Shown here: one piece after another, positions 36,156 through 48,496 of the stretch | How positions within the stretch are numbered: the stretch's first letter is position 1 | Layout: each line of letters begins with the position of its first letter | NCBI RefSeq assembly: GCF_016433145.1 | Contig: NC_058130.1 | Coordinates: 88,013,421-88,077,420, forward strand | Origin: Gracilinanus agilis | Lineage: Eukaryota | Length of the DNA stretch: 64,000 nt | Reading direction: 5' to 3' | Notes under the pieces: model-generated | Databases searched by the model: none | What the model was told of the DNA's origin: nothing | What the model saw: the letters and a program-made list of their open reading frames with translations, nothing else | Made by a program: the position numbers and the translations under genes

Positions 36156-36323
36156 GGGGCAGCTGGGTGGCTCAGTGGATTGAGAGTCAGGCCTAGAGAT
36201 GGGTTCAAATCTGGCCTCAGACACTTCCTAGCTGTGTGACCCTGGGCAAGTCACTTGACCTCCATTGCCTACCCTTACACAGTATTGACTCCAAGACAGA
36301 AGGTAAGGATTTAAAGAGAAAAA
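36156..36323 (+). mobile_element. SINE-2_MD-like SINE with TSD
   Basis: Well-preserved head; TSD AAAAGGTATTAGA / AAAAGATATTAGA. Confidence 0.85.
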
Positions 36324-37084
36324 AAAGATATTAGACTGGGAAACCACAGCAGCCTATTTCTGATGGGAAATCAACCAGTCAAATCTACCTTCTTTCTTGT
36401 TGACTTGTCAGGACCATATGGATACTCTCTGCCCAGTCGGCGTGGCCCCTTGGAGCCATCAGGATATTTTGGGAAGAAGACCAGGGCCTTGTAGCCTGGC
36501 TACTTGGAGCACAGCCCTTCTCGCCAGGGTCTTTGTGAGACTTGGGCAGAGAAAGGCTCTATTCCCAGGTGGTCTCCAGTCATACTGAAGCAGCTACAAG
36601 GACATGGAGATCGTCCAGGGAAGTTGACAACCATCTGGAATGGCCTGAGGCTGGCTCTTAGGGGCAGAGGCCTTTTAGATGGTCTAGACTCCAAGATGCT
36701 TCACAATGACACATGATTCTTAGTCTTTCCTGTAGCTGAAAGCAACATCAAACACCTAAGAGGTATCCTGGCCCTAGCTGTCTTCCCCCTGACTCTTCCA
36801 GGTCAAGACTTCTGTTCCAGGTAGGATTGGGGCACCCAGCTCAGGTTAGAGGAGGTAAAGTTAGTTCTAGTTTAGTCTAGGTAGTTAGAAAGTAGATAAA
36901 CAGACATTAGGGCTGCCTTTGCTCCTCCCTTATTTCTAGTCTCCATGTCTTTACAAAGAAGCTTCTACATGCTTAGAAGGGTTTCTCTTCTCCTCTTTTT
37001 GGGAACACTAGTTCTCCTTAAGGCCGAGATCAAGTGCTACTTTCTTCAAGAGGCTTTTCCCACTTCTCCCAGGAAATGGGCAAC

Positions 37085-37660
37085 TATGTGGTGTAATCGA
37101 GAGAGTGCTGGTCTTGGAGTCTGGGAGACCTGAGTTCAAATCTGGCCTTGTATGCTTACTACCTTTGTGACCCCAGGCAAGCCATTTAATCTCTGCCTGC
37201 TTCAGTTTCCACAATTATAAAATGATCTAAAATGATGACAGTAACAGAACTTACTTTGTAGGGTTGTATTTAAATGATATAATATTTATAAAGTATTTAG
37301 CATAGTTCCTGGCAAGCAGCAGGTGCTATATAAATGTCCCTTCCCATCCCCTAGAACTACATTGTATTCACTTGCTATAGATTTTTATCAATTAGGTGGC
37401 ACAGTGTACAGAGCACTGGACCTAGAGTTAGGAAGACCTGAGTTCAAATCTAGTCTTAGATATTAACCATGTAACCCTGGGCAAGTCACTTAACCTCTGT
37501 TTGCTTCCATTTCCTATAATCTGCAAAATGGGAATAATAGCACCTACCTTGCAGGCAGAATTGTTGTTAGGATTAAATGAGATGATATTTTTAAAGCAAT
37601 TTACAATGCAAAAGGTGCAATAGAAATATTTATTCTTTCCATTCCCCTCTTTCCTCAAAC
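37085..37660 (+). mobile_element. Two tandem MIR/CORE-SINEs
   Basis: GAAGACCTGAGTTCAAATC heads and CAGTTTCC...TAAAATG cores at ~37085-37350 and ~37393-37660. Confidence 0.75.
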
Positions 37661-37977
37661 TGGGCACATGCTGCATTCCCTCTAGTAGAATGTATACTCA
37701 CTGAGGACTGGGGCTGCTTTATTTTTATTTTTGTAGCAGCAGTGTTCAGCATAGTGCCTGGTCCATACACAGCAGGCCCTCATTTTTTTTTTTAATTTTT
37801 CAGATGACCAGGGAAGATAAATAACTTGCCAAAGGTTACATAGAGAAAGAGAGGTTTTACAAGGATTCAAGGGCAATTTTTCTGAGTGTGAGTGTTGAAT
37901 GATCTCCACTCCCCCAAGCTTTACTCCCTGATGGCCTTTTCTGAGACGCAGGCTTTGACGAGATGCCGTCCTGTTAC

Positions 37978-38060
37978 CTTTCGTAGTGTCCGAGCAGGAA
38001 GGGCTGGAGGAGCATCGCCAAGGGGATGATGAAAGGCATCAAAGTGTAGAGAATAGTGTC
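37978..38060 (-). CDS. DOCK3: DOCK3 penultimate coding exon
   Basis: tttatttcag|GA CAC...CGAAAG|gtaaca; (G)HYSLHFDAFHHPLGDAPPALPARTLRK; 83 nt, phase 1 to 0. Confidence 0.95.
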
Positions 38061-38725
38061 CTGAAATAAACAGAAATTCATTCTCAACAAGGAAGAGGGT
38101 CTCATCGGGATCACAGAACCTCTGTATACCATAGGATATTATAATCTAGACCTGTCCTGGACAGCAGGAGAGATTGGATGAAGTCTTGGGAGGCTTTTCC
38201 TCATCTTATTTTTTTTTTTTATTTTATGGCTGTGAGAAGTCCCTTTTCACTTCCCAGTCCATTGAGAGAGAAGTGACCTGGCTCATGAAGGATGTATCTG
38301 GAGGATGTCCTGTTGTTTCAGAGCTGGCATGAAGAGTTTGGCAGCAGCAGCAGGGACTTTCCACCCCTGCATTGCTGAGGCTTCTGGGCCAGATCACAGG
38401 CTGATAGACACCAGGCCTTGGATAACAACCATAATTTCTGTTGCCTTCAGCTTCAAAGTTGCTTGTTGTTGAGGCATCTGCCTAACTTGCTGCCCTTGCA
38501 AATCTACCTCCACTGTCGTTCTTACCACAGCACACTGGAATTCTTACCATAACAGCTGACTTCTGGTTTTGTCTAAGAGTCTGCCAGGTGAAATAGCCCA
38601 TCTTCTCTGGTTCCCTCCATCTCTTTTCCTGGAAGGAAGCTGCTTGCTTGGGTGGATCCCATCCTTTGGCTTATTGGGGCCTGAGAGCTGAGACTATCTG
38701 GGGGACCTTCTGTCAGTTTTCTTAC

Positions 38726-38848
38726 CATGGGAAAGGCTTCGAGGAGGTACTGGTGGGGCCAAGATGCTCCCCACATGGGCAGACAGCAATGGCAGGGCCT
38801 CTCGGGTTCCACTGTCCAGGCTCCAGCTGCTGGGGGCTGTTGATACAG
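38726..38848 (-). CDS. DOCK3: DOCK3 frame-preserving cassette exon (41 codons)
   Basis: ccatccttcag|CT...CATG|gtaaga; (A)VSTAPSSWSLDSGTREALPLLSAHVGSILAPPVPPRSLSH(G); 123 nt, phase 1-1; resembles the DOCK4 PSSWSLDSG...PPVPPRP segment. Confidence 0.85.
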
Positions 38849-41800
38849 CTGAAGGATGGAAACAGATGGAATTGGGGTGAGGTTACATTAAGAGATGCAC
38901 TCATGGATGGATGGCTCATCGTAAGGACTGGCTCTTCTCCAAGTGTGAGCTGGCCTCATGATACCTGAGGTGGTATGGGGCCACCTACTCAGGATAAAGA
39001 CAGTGGCCTGAAAAAAGGACTTTGGCTCAAAGGATCAGATGGCATCCAGGGGTTGTTTTGGGGTTATGAGGACTGGCAACATTCTCAAGTATACCAACAT
39101 CTGATGGATTTTTAAACGAAGGGGGATTAGAAGTATGACGATGAGCAACTGGTAGCAGTCTAAACCAACTGAATGTTTCCTTCTGTTCTGTGCAGAGGAA
39201 GAGTATGGGATTTGGGAGGAGATAGGAGTTTCCAACTTTTCTGTCCCACCAAGAGTAATGGCAACAGATGTACTTCCTCTCCTAAACTGAGGTATATATG
39301 AGAATAAAATTCAGGAGCCGTGGTACACCAAGACCTGTTGTCTTCTAATGCTTCTCCCTCCCACTTGTAGCAACAGTACACAGGAATATGAAATCTTTAT
39401 TTCTGCTGGGCAAGGACTGGTCAAGAAGATGTGCTGACCCAAGTTTGGCATCCAGCTGGGTATAGCATTTAAAACCCCAAAATGAGTTGCAGAACTGAAC
39501 AAATTCTCTATCCCTCTTATTTGGCAGTTTCCTTAAAAAAGGTTTTGGGTTAAACAGACACTTTGACAGAAAGGGTTTACAGCCTGGTTTGTAGCCTAAT
39601 TCTAAAATAGGAGATATGCCTTGGATGCCACTGTGCCCATAGCTTGGCCTAATATCAGATACCACTATTCTGTCCAGCCCAGGGCAGACAAACTGCTGCT
39701 GATGCCCAAATAGCAAGTTCTAGCTGAGTAAATAGTTACCAAACAACAAAGATGCTAGTGGAGGGTCCAGAGAAAGGTCCCTTGGGCGGTTTTCTACATG
39801 GACTATTCATTGGTGGCTTTGAATTCTCTATAGATGTCTGCTTTGTGTCTAGATTTATGTAACCTTATGAAGACTTACCTGTACCAGAGGCTCTAGGGAC
39901 TGAATTTTGGCTAACAATGCCACATTATGGAGTCTGGGTACCAACCCATGGACTGATAAATGTATGATTGGAACATTGTTACTTTCATTTTAGAGACACT
40001 GGCTCCCTCCAGTATTTTCCTGTATACCTAAAAAGTATGAAGTGGGGATGAGAAATAGTGAAATCTCAAACCCAAGATCCTGAGAAGTCTGTTTTGTGGA
40101 GAATAAGGTGGCAAGTACTTTTACCTTAACTAATGTGATAGCATGAAATGGATATTACTAAGAAATAATCTGTCTACTACCAGTGGTAGTAGGCAAACAG
40201 TCTTATTGTTGGGGGCTAGACTTCTCCAAGGATGTCAACAATAGACAAATACACAAAGAGATAAAACATGCTACTTTGGATCATGGAAATAATTATTAGC
40301 AAGAAGGATCTTGGGAACTTTCAATACATAATCAAGGGATCTCAAATTAATCTAAGGGGTTTGTCATGTTGACTCCTTTCAGACCACTGACTTCTCTAGT
40401 ATGATGGCCTAGAGCCTCAGATGAAATAGGAACTGGATTCCTATAGGATAGGCCATAATACAGAAGTTCTTGGATGAGAACTAAATAAAAGCTGGCGTAG
40501 GAAGTTACCATGACTTGGGTATGAGTTTTATTTAGAGAGAACAATGAGGAATCCCATTCATTCCCTTCCTTCTCATTCACACTTAGTTTATCCTCAGCCT
40601 TTGCTGAGTGTGTAGCACAACACTGTAGAGGCACCACAGCAGAGAGAAGACCAGTGTGGGAAAGTGTCAGTTCTTACCTAGTCCTAACCCATCAGGTTTC
40701 TGAGAGGGTCAGAAAGTTAGGTTGATTTGGTTTTTTGGTAAATTGTGAGTGTGAAAAGTTACTCGAAGGTCTTCGATGAACTACAAGTAAAATGTAAGTC
40801 ATGTTTTAACCTTGATTTTGGGCTCAAGATCCCATAGGCACATGCCATACTTGTTATGTGGCAAAGAACACCACAAAAAAAGAACAGGGATTTGGAAGAA
40901 AGAAACTTGTAATCAGAACTTGGCTAATTTTGATAATGATGGCTGAAGTGAACCACTGGAGTCATTACATATGGAACCAAGTACCTTTCTGTCTTGCTTT
41001 TCTAGTTGAAGCTTTTCAAGCACCCTGATGGGTCTTTGAAACATGGTATACACACTCTAAAGCCAAGATGACAAAGAGATTCTATGATGGAACAAGTTTT
41101 TTTGGGAGGAGAAATTGGGAGGGAGTCAACTCTGCCATTTCTGGTTAAATGGGAGTTGAGCTATGCTGAAGCTCCTCTGCCTCCCAGGTTTGCCATGAAG
41201 ATTACAAGCATAATATGCTTGTGTGAGAGCTAGTTGGAGGTAACTGAGGTTTTCTTCTTTTTCCCTCCCCTTGGCATTGCCAGAGGGGCAGGCAAGGGAG
41301 GCAGGAAGGCAAACCTTTCTATAATACTCTGGGCTCAGGTCGCATGCCTAGACAAGTACCAGGTATCACTAGGAGGAAGAACCATGAGAAAGAGAAGTGA
41401 GAAACAGCTTCTAGGGAGAGGACAGTGATGAAGAAAACCATAAGCCTATATACAAATAGACATAGGCAGTGGTGAATAGGCTCCCTGTGAGGAGTGCCAA
41501 AGAGAGGGAAATACTGCAGAAATCTTTTGAAAAAGGGAATGGTTTGGTAGTGAACAGAAGAGCCTATACCAGAGCAAAGAGCTGCAAGAACATGCTGAAA
41601 AGAGGTGAGCCTGAACTTGCTGCAACAGCTGTACACCCAGTTTTTTGGGACTTGACCTGTTCTTTCCATGTAGGGATCCAGGAATCTTGGGGGATGTGTG
41701 TGTATGTATGACCTATAACCATACATTTTCTGATTTCTCATTGACTAATAAAAGTTGCTTTCAGCTAGAATGCCTGGGTAGTCCAAGTTGCTTACAAAAG

Positions 41801-44800
41801 GAATACCCCTGAAGAGAAATGATCCAAATCTAGATGTTCCCAGGGAAAACTCTGGATGGGGCATGAGTTCATGGTATGATAATTGAGAAGTGTCCAAGAT
41901 AGGGGCCTGGGTCCAGAATATGACCTGTGGATCCAGAACTACTTTGGATCATGGAATATTTTAGAAAGGGAGTGTTGAGAAGCACAGGCAAACTTCTCAA
42001 CTGCACAGTGGCTACTGTGGCTTACAGTCAAGCCTTGCTGAGAATACCAGTGACTTCAAGGTGGTAAGAATGAATAAAAGTCACGTTTTAAATTTTCTTT
42101 CTGAGCAAACTTCTAATTTTCTCACCTCAATCATAAATATTCTTATATGAAATCACTTGCTATTAGCTCATTCGCAGGAACAGTTCCCTCCTTTTCTTCC
42201 ATTTATGTCAATGAGGCTTGTGAGGTGAAACACACCTTTTTTCATACATTGCCCTGCAATCCTGGTTCACCTTAATTGTAGAAGCAGGATACTCTGTATG
42301 TTGATTTACCCTCTTCTAAACGCCAGCAAATTCAGCTTTTGAGTTGTCAAGTCATTGAAAGTTTGGAGGTTATCAATTTTCCTCTTCTATCAAATAGCAT
42401 TTTGACCCATATGGACTAAATATGAAGACAATGGAGAAATGCTCTCATTTCCTTTTATCCAGATGGATGGTGAAAGATGTGAGGCAGGCTTAGTCTTTGT
42501 TCAGTTAGAGTCTTCTTAGCCATCTTCATGATGCATTTATGATAGTCAGGAAGGAAGGTGACTTTTTAGGGTAGCCAACCCAGAGTTATGAAGGTTTCTT
42601 CAGAGAGATGCCCTTTCTATGCCCTTTGTTGCCGCACTCCAGGATCCAGCAATTACAGATGCTTTGATGGTCACGGATAGAGGCATTTGTGAATTTTTTT
42701 ACAGCCACGTGGACATCTCTCCTTTAATACTATTCAAAGGAATGACAATAATGACAGGGGGGAAACAGACAATACTTGTGGAGGTGTTGAGATGAAAATG
42801 TGAGGACAGCTTTGGTGGGACAACTACTGATGGCACTGGGAAGAGGGATTTGAGGGGAGTCCTGATGCTGACAGAAAGGAGGAGAGGGTGCCAGGGCTTC
42901 ATATGCTGAGGAAAATCCCTTGTATGCATGACCCTCAAAAGTGCTAGTCTGGGAAAATGAGCCATTTGAGTGTCCTCACAGAGACCCGTTGGTATGAGGC
43001 CACTCAGGAAAGAAGGTACCAGTGTATATTAGAGACAGTTACTTCCAGATATAATTTACCACATTTAATGGGTGAAACTGAAAACTAGCCTGGTCATTGA
43101 TTCACTAATAGAAACTTGGCAGAAACAAATTGGAATGCTAGTATTAATTCTTTCAATTTCTCTCTAGCAAAACAAGGATATTGTGGGAAAATTAATTGAG
43201 AAGGCATTTTGACATCATCAGCTGACATAGTATGTGTCCACACTCATGGTGAATGCCCCAGACATTGGCATCCAGTCCTGGAGGTCATTCTGATTTTGGT
43301 GGTTCCTGGGATATTTAGGGGGAAAAATCTTGGTGCGTGTGTGTGTGAGATGCTGTTAGGTCTGATCTTGGGGGCAATCATGGCTGCCTGGAGGGAGATT
43401 ACCTTTGCTGCTTAGCTCTCAGAAGTTCCTTGGATAGACCTGACTTTTGACTCTGCCCCTCAACTTTGTATAGGACCCTCACTAGCAAGATAATGTTGAA
43501 AAGCACATGGATGCTTTCTCCCTTGATAGGCTCTCTTCTGGGTCAAACTTGCAGCCCCTGGGCTAAGTCTGAATTGTATTACCCTCTGAAGGAACTTTTG
43601 TAGGGTGTAAAATGGGTCTGTGGGGTGAATGACTTAGCGGCCCTGTTCCATTTTGAGCCTGTGCAGATGGTACGTAGATTCTGCCCTATTTTCTACTCTA
43701 ATGTAACCCTTGCCACTTGGGACTATCTGTAGTTATCTGAAAGGTAGGCTTCAGGGAGAGCTATTGGCCTTGCACTGGAGGATGTCCATTGTAAAATTTG
43801 GTGGGGGGATGATGTTGTGCTGGGTTAAATTATTCTTATTTTTGAAGTGATGGGAATACCTCTTAATTGGAATGATGATAATCCATTTAGCTTAGTGACT
43901 ACGTTAGAAATATGACAGAGCCCTAAAATCTGCTATTCAATGGGGAGGCTTCTTCATTGGCTAAGAGTGAGCCAGAGGCTGTAGAATGGGTGAGGGGGAT
44001 TGATTTAACAAGTACTCATGGAGGCAAGTCTTTAAATTGGAGAGGTGTAAAAGTGAAGGCCACATTTTCATCTGAACAGAGTGGGCTAAAGAGAGAATCA
44101 TTGTAGGTCAGGCTAGGCTTGGGAAACTGTAACTTGATAGAAAGAGTTAGGAGTAGGTAGTTTTCTTTTATAGATGTTTCTAGTGCCCCTGCCCTGATAT
44201 GTGATTTCTGAGTCTATATATTTAGAACTTATTTCGGAAAGTATTCTGAAAAAAAATTAACTTTTTTTGGTCTGGGGTATGTGGAAGTGGGTAGAAGGGA
44301 AAGATAGAAGCAGGTGCTAGAAACAGGTACCAAGACATGGCAGTTGGGAGAAGATTTCTGAATTCAGGGAGCCAAGCAGGCCCGGAGGCCAGGAAAGTTC
44401 ACATGCATCAAACTGGAGTTCAGGAATCTGGAATTTTTAGAAAGCAATAAAAGACCAAAGCCCTAAGGCCTAAGGACAAGGTCTTTTAGAGTAGCTCTAA
44501 TTGGAGGAAACTGGAGCCTGGGGAAGCTGACTATGGGTCAGTGAGGCCTGGGACTCAGGAGCTTTCCCACGCCCAGTGGCTACAAGTATTATGCCTGATT
44601 ATATGAGGTATTTCTTTAAAAAATTAAAAATATTCCCCACTCCAGCCTTCCATGGGATAGAAGGATGGGTCTTGGGAGAACAGCTTTTTTTATTTTTTTA
44701 AATCCCACACTTCAAGGGCTGTGAGATATTTGGAGTAGGATTTATCATTAATTCTAGAAAGTTGTCCAGATTGCTAGTGTCCAAAGTCATGGGCTGGGAT

Positions 44801-45209
44801 GAGCACTTGGGAAGGGGTATATCAGTAATTTTCATACAGAAGTTGGAGTTTTTCTTGAAATGAAGGCTAGGCACTAGAAATGGGGGGCAGGAAGGGGTTG
44901 AGGTCTCTCTGAGAGCCAAACACTCACAATATGGCAGCCTCTTTGAAGGCTAGGCTCGAGAAATGGGAAAGGTTCAGACAAACTCAAGGGATCTGAATGA
45001 GAGTAGCAACACTGGGCACAATTAAATAATGGTTACACTTAATAGGGAGGTCTGCACACACTCAGAGACACCCACAGCCCAAATTGAGCTCCGCTCTAGC
45101 CATCCGAGGAGTAGCACTTGAACTGTCAGTACTCCAGATGATGGAGTGTCCGACCAGTCTAGGAAGGAAACACACTTAGAAGAAGAGCAACACAGAGGAG
45201 AAAGAATAC

Positions 45210-45297
45210 CTTTTTCAGCCACAGATAGATTAGGGTCACTGCAGGGCTTACAGGGTCCGATCATTTGCTGGAACAAAGCACGCTGGAAATTTGGAGG
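45210..45297 (-). CDS. DOCK3: DOCK3 coding exon
   Basis: cttctcttag|CCT...AAAAAG|gtattc; PPNFQRALFQQMIGPCKPCSDPNLSVAEK; 88 nt, phase 0 to 1. Confidence 0.95.
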
Positions 45298-46324
45298 CTA
45301 AGAGAAGAGGAAAAACCACAGAGAGGTGAAAACCAGAAGCCATGATTCTGTCCAGTGCCTTGGGCTCCAGGAATCTGGTTATTCCGAGGATCAGACAGGC
45401 TGGAGTCAAAGTACAGTACTCACATCATTTCATTCTGAATTTTGGTGATGAACTCAAAGCACTCCTGAAAATACACTCCCACTACAGTCAACTCTTAACT
45501 ACTGAAAAATGAATGATCTCTGGCCACTCTTTTGGACTCCACTGCCTAGCTCTTCCCAAGCTGTGTCTGTAGAGACTGAGTATACTGATTGCAGTACATC
45601 TGTTTATTGGGTTCAGTGTCAGAACCTGCCTAAGCATTGTCTGACCTGCACCTCCAGTTCCTGCCACTGGTATGGATAACTGAATTTTCTCTGTTTTGGA
45701 TCAGAATAAAATTTAAACATATCTCAGTTTGTTAAAAGTAGGACTGGATAGTGATAGCGAAGGAAACTTGCTTATGTGGTCACACACAGGCCATCTTGCT
45801 TTGATGGACAAGATGACTAACAACTGTTATAGTATCAGACTACCTAAGCAGAAATGTGCTGGCTAGGGGAAAGGGAGAAGGAAATTCTGCTAGTAAACTG
45901 TGCCTCTTCTGCTAAGTAGTAGCCTAGGAGTTGTGCCAATGGTCTCCTGGAGAAGGGAGAATGGTGGCAAGAAGTGAGGATGGGCCGATAGCATCTCCTC
46001 GTTCAGGCTTCTCTGGAAGACCTAAAGGTGGCTGACGTGACAACCAGGGGGTGAAGGGCTTTAGGGAACCAGAAGGAAGAGGTGGGGTGGCATGCTGCTT
46101 CAGGGACAGTGACACATACACACATCTGCCTGGCAAGGCCTTCTCATGCCACAGGGAACACAACCATTCTAATTGGCCAGGCTATTCAGGAAGAGAGTCT
46201 AGTAGGCTGGAGAGACAGAAGGACAAACGAAAGGCAAAGATTCCCACTGATGCACAAATGCCTACAGAGGGGCAGAAACTCCTTAGAATGTTGGCACTCT
46301 TTTATTTCAATAAAAGCTGGCATT

Positions 46325-46520
46325 AATGTAGAGCATTAATGTTTACAAAATGATTTACAAACATTATCTCATTTGACCCTTACAAAAAACCCGGGAGGCA
46401 GGTGCTATAAATATCCCTATTTTACTGAAGAAGAAATGGAGGCAGAGAGAGATTAAATGACTTGCCCAGAGTCACAAAGTAAATGTCAGTGCAGGATTTG
46501 AACTCAGGTCTTCCTGACAT
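46325..46520 (-). mobile_element. MIR SINE
   Basis: ATTATCTCATTTGACCCTTACAA...ATGACTTGCCCAGAGTCACA...GATTTGAACTCAGG. Confidence 0.75.
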
Positions 46521-46817
46521 TATGCCCAGAGCTTTCTTATTGCTTTAACAATTAACTTGAATCCATGCCATCTCTGAGGACTTTTCCCCAAATCTGTCAT
46601 GCAAGAGGACTGCAAAAGAATAGCAACAAATTCTACAAATACAGGAAAGAGAGAGAGACACAGATAGGCTGTTATTTTAGAGTTCATAAGGAAGGAGTAA
46701 AGACGATGCAAGACACCAGCCCTGGGGCACCTACCTGGGACCCCTCTGCGTGCCCCCTTACACATGGCCATGCGCATGCCCCCAAAGTGCAGGAGGAAAG
46801 GCAAGTAACTCCACTAC

Positions 46818-46936
46818 CTGTCCATGCTCCATGACTCCAGCTGGATACATGGCACTGCTCGGGCGGTCTCGGTGAGTGGGCAGCAGCATCATCAGCTCCC
46901 GAGAGTGTCGGTACTTATCTGGCAGAGAGGGAGAGC
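46818..46936 (-). CDS. DOCK3: DOCK3 coding exon
   Basis: ttggttacag|GC TCT...GGACAG|gtagtg; (G)SPSLPDKYRHSRELMMLLPTHRDRPSSAMYPAGVMEHGQ; 119 nt, phase 1 to 0. Confidence 0.95.
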
Positions 46937-47755
46937 CTGTAACCAAGCGAGAACAATCACCCACAAATGACAAACCACAGATGGCAGGGAGGGTCCCAAG
47001 GAAACCAAGCGTTCCAGAGGCCTTCATCCAGGATGCTCTTCTCAGAAAACACCAAGGAGAAAGGAAATGGAGTCCAGGGACCAGGTGGAGGTGGGCGGAA
47101 AACAGAGACCTGGGATGGTGAGTCCAGCTTATCCAGAGCTGGGACAGAGACGCTATTTAGGTGTCAGGATCGGTGGCCAAACAGTGGCTAGCTGGTCAAG
47201 TCCAAGGAAGAGAAGCTCAAGTGCAGGACCTGCCCAGAGACTTCAAGTCTCTGCTGGCCTTAATGCAGCACCAAAGGCTTGGGGGTCCAGTCCTGCTGAT
47301 GGGTTGGGTCAGAGGGCTCAGGGAATGGACACAAAGTGACTTCACAGCAACAGTATATGACAAGAAAATCACACAGAGATGGAGAAACACGGAGACCACA
47401 TATTCACATTTTCTTTTGACCTTTAAAAACAATGCTTGAATTTGCCTCCATTAATACCTCAACCTCTCCATATTCTGACCATATCTGCTACAGGGCTTGG
47501 CATGTTTATAAATTTGATTTATTACTCTAGTGCTTCCGGTCAATGAAATCATGATACTGATCTGAAACCTCTGGGCTTTGAAAATGTGCTTTACAGTTTA
47601 CTTGGCTCACAACCATGAACTCTGAAGGAAAAGAATTTTTCTTCTCTTTTTGCTAAGCTCCCCAGCCACAGCCCCAGTTCCCTGGAGCCACTGGCCTTCG
47701 ATATAAGTGACAACACTGAGGGAGGCTTGGGAACGCTGGGCTCAGTAAGACATAC

Positions 47756-47842
47756 GTCTCATCGATTCGTGTTTCCCGAGCAAACACAGGTGCGCTACCT
47801 GAGAACCATTCTCCCCAGAGAGAGAAAGTGTAAAAAAAAATC
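47756..47842 (-). CDS. DOCK3: Candidate unannotated DOCK3 cassette exon (87 nt, phase 1-1)
   Basis: ACTAAT branch point, ttatttttaacag acceptor, GAC|GTATGT donor, open in the DOCK3 frame, CpG-rich; no homology or expression evidence available to me. Confidence 0.4.
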
Positions 47843-48358
47843 CTGTTAAAAATAACTGATTAGTTCCCCACCCCTCCCAAGATTAGCTGACTCTCAATGG
47901 TCTCTCAAATGCCTGAATATACTCTGCTACTGGAGGCACATGCCTAGCAATTATCGTAGTGCCTACTACCTGGGGTTCTCCTTGGAAACCACCCGTAAGT
48001 GTTAGTTGGGACTGAATGGACCAGCTTCCCTGGGGACTAGAATTGGCTGAATGAAACCATTCCACCTGTGCCTGGCTGTTTGCCCTGAGTAAACCTGAGT
48101 GCCAGCCCTATCCTATGAAGACGGATGGGGAGTTGCTTCTTTCCCTTGGCACCTTAAGGCCAATACAGAGCAGCTTGTGTTCTTTATGTAGCTAATAGCT
48201 GAAATCTAGAGTTGCTGTAGGCAAACTATTTTCTGTGAGGGCACTCTATCTCTGAAACTCTCTGTCCTTTGGTTTGAGAGTCAGTTTGTTAACTGGATTT
48301 GGTTTATGAAAGATCCTACCTAGACAATTTCTTGAGAAATATCTCATCTTCATTTTTT

Positions 48359-48496
48359 NNNNNNNNNNNNNNNNNNNNNNNNNNNNNNNNNNNNNNNNNN
48401 NNNNNNNNNNNNNNNNNNNNNNNNNNNNNNNNNNNNNNNNNNNNNNNNNNNNNNNNNNNNNNNNNNNNNNNNNNNNNNNNNNNNNNNNNNNNNNNN
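48359..48496. other. Assembly gap (138 N)
   Basis: N run, abutting a SINE tail. Confidence 0.99.

Noticed and set aside
39879-39952. Strong CAG|GTAAGT donor with an upstream AG defining a 74-nt pseudo-exon in DOCK3
   Set aside because: Weak pyrimidine tract, asymmetric phase, no CpG or homology support; such pseudo-exons are common
42619-42651. Minus-strand CWILECGNKGH resembling a gag zinc knuckle
   Set aside because: Spacing is not CX2CX4HX4C and I could not find pro/pol motifs nearby
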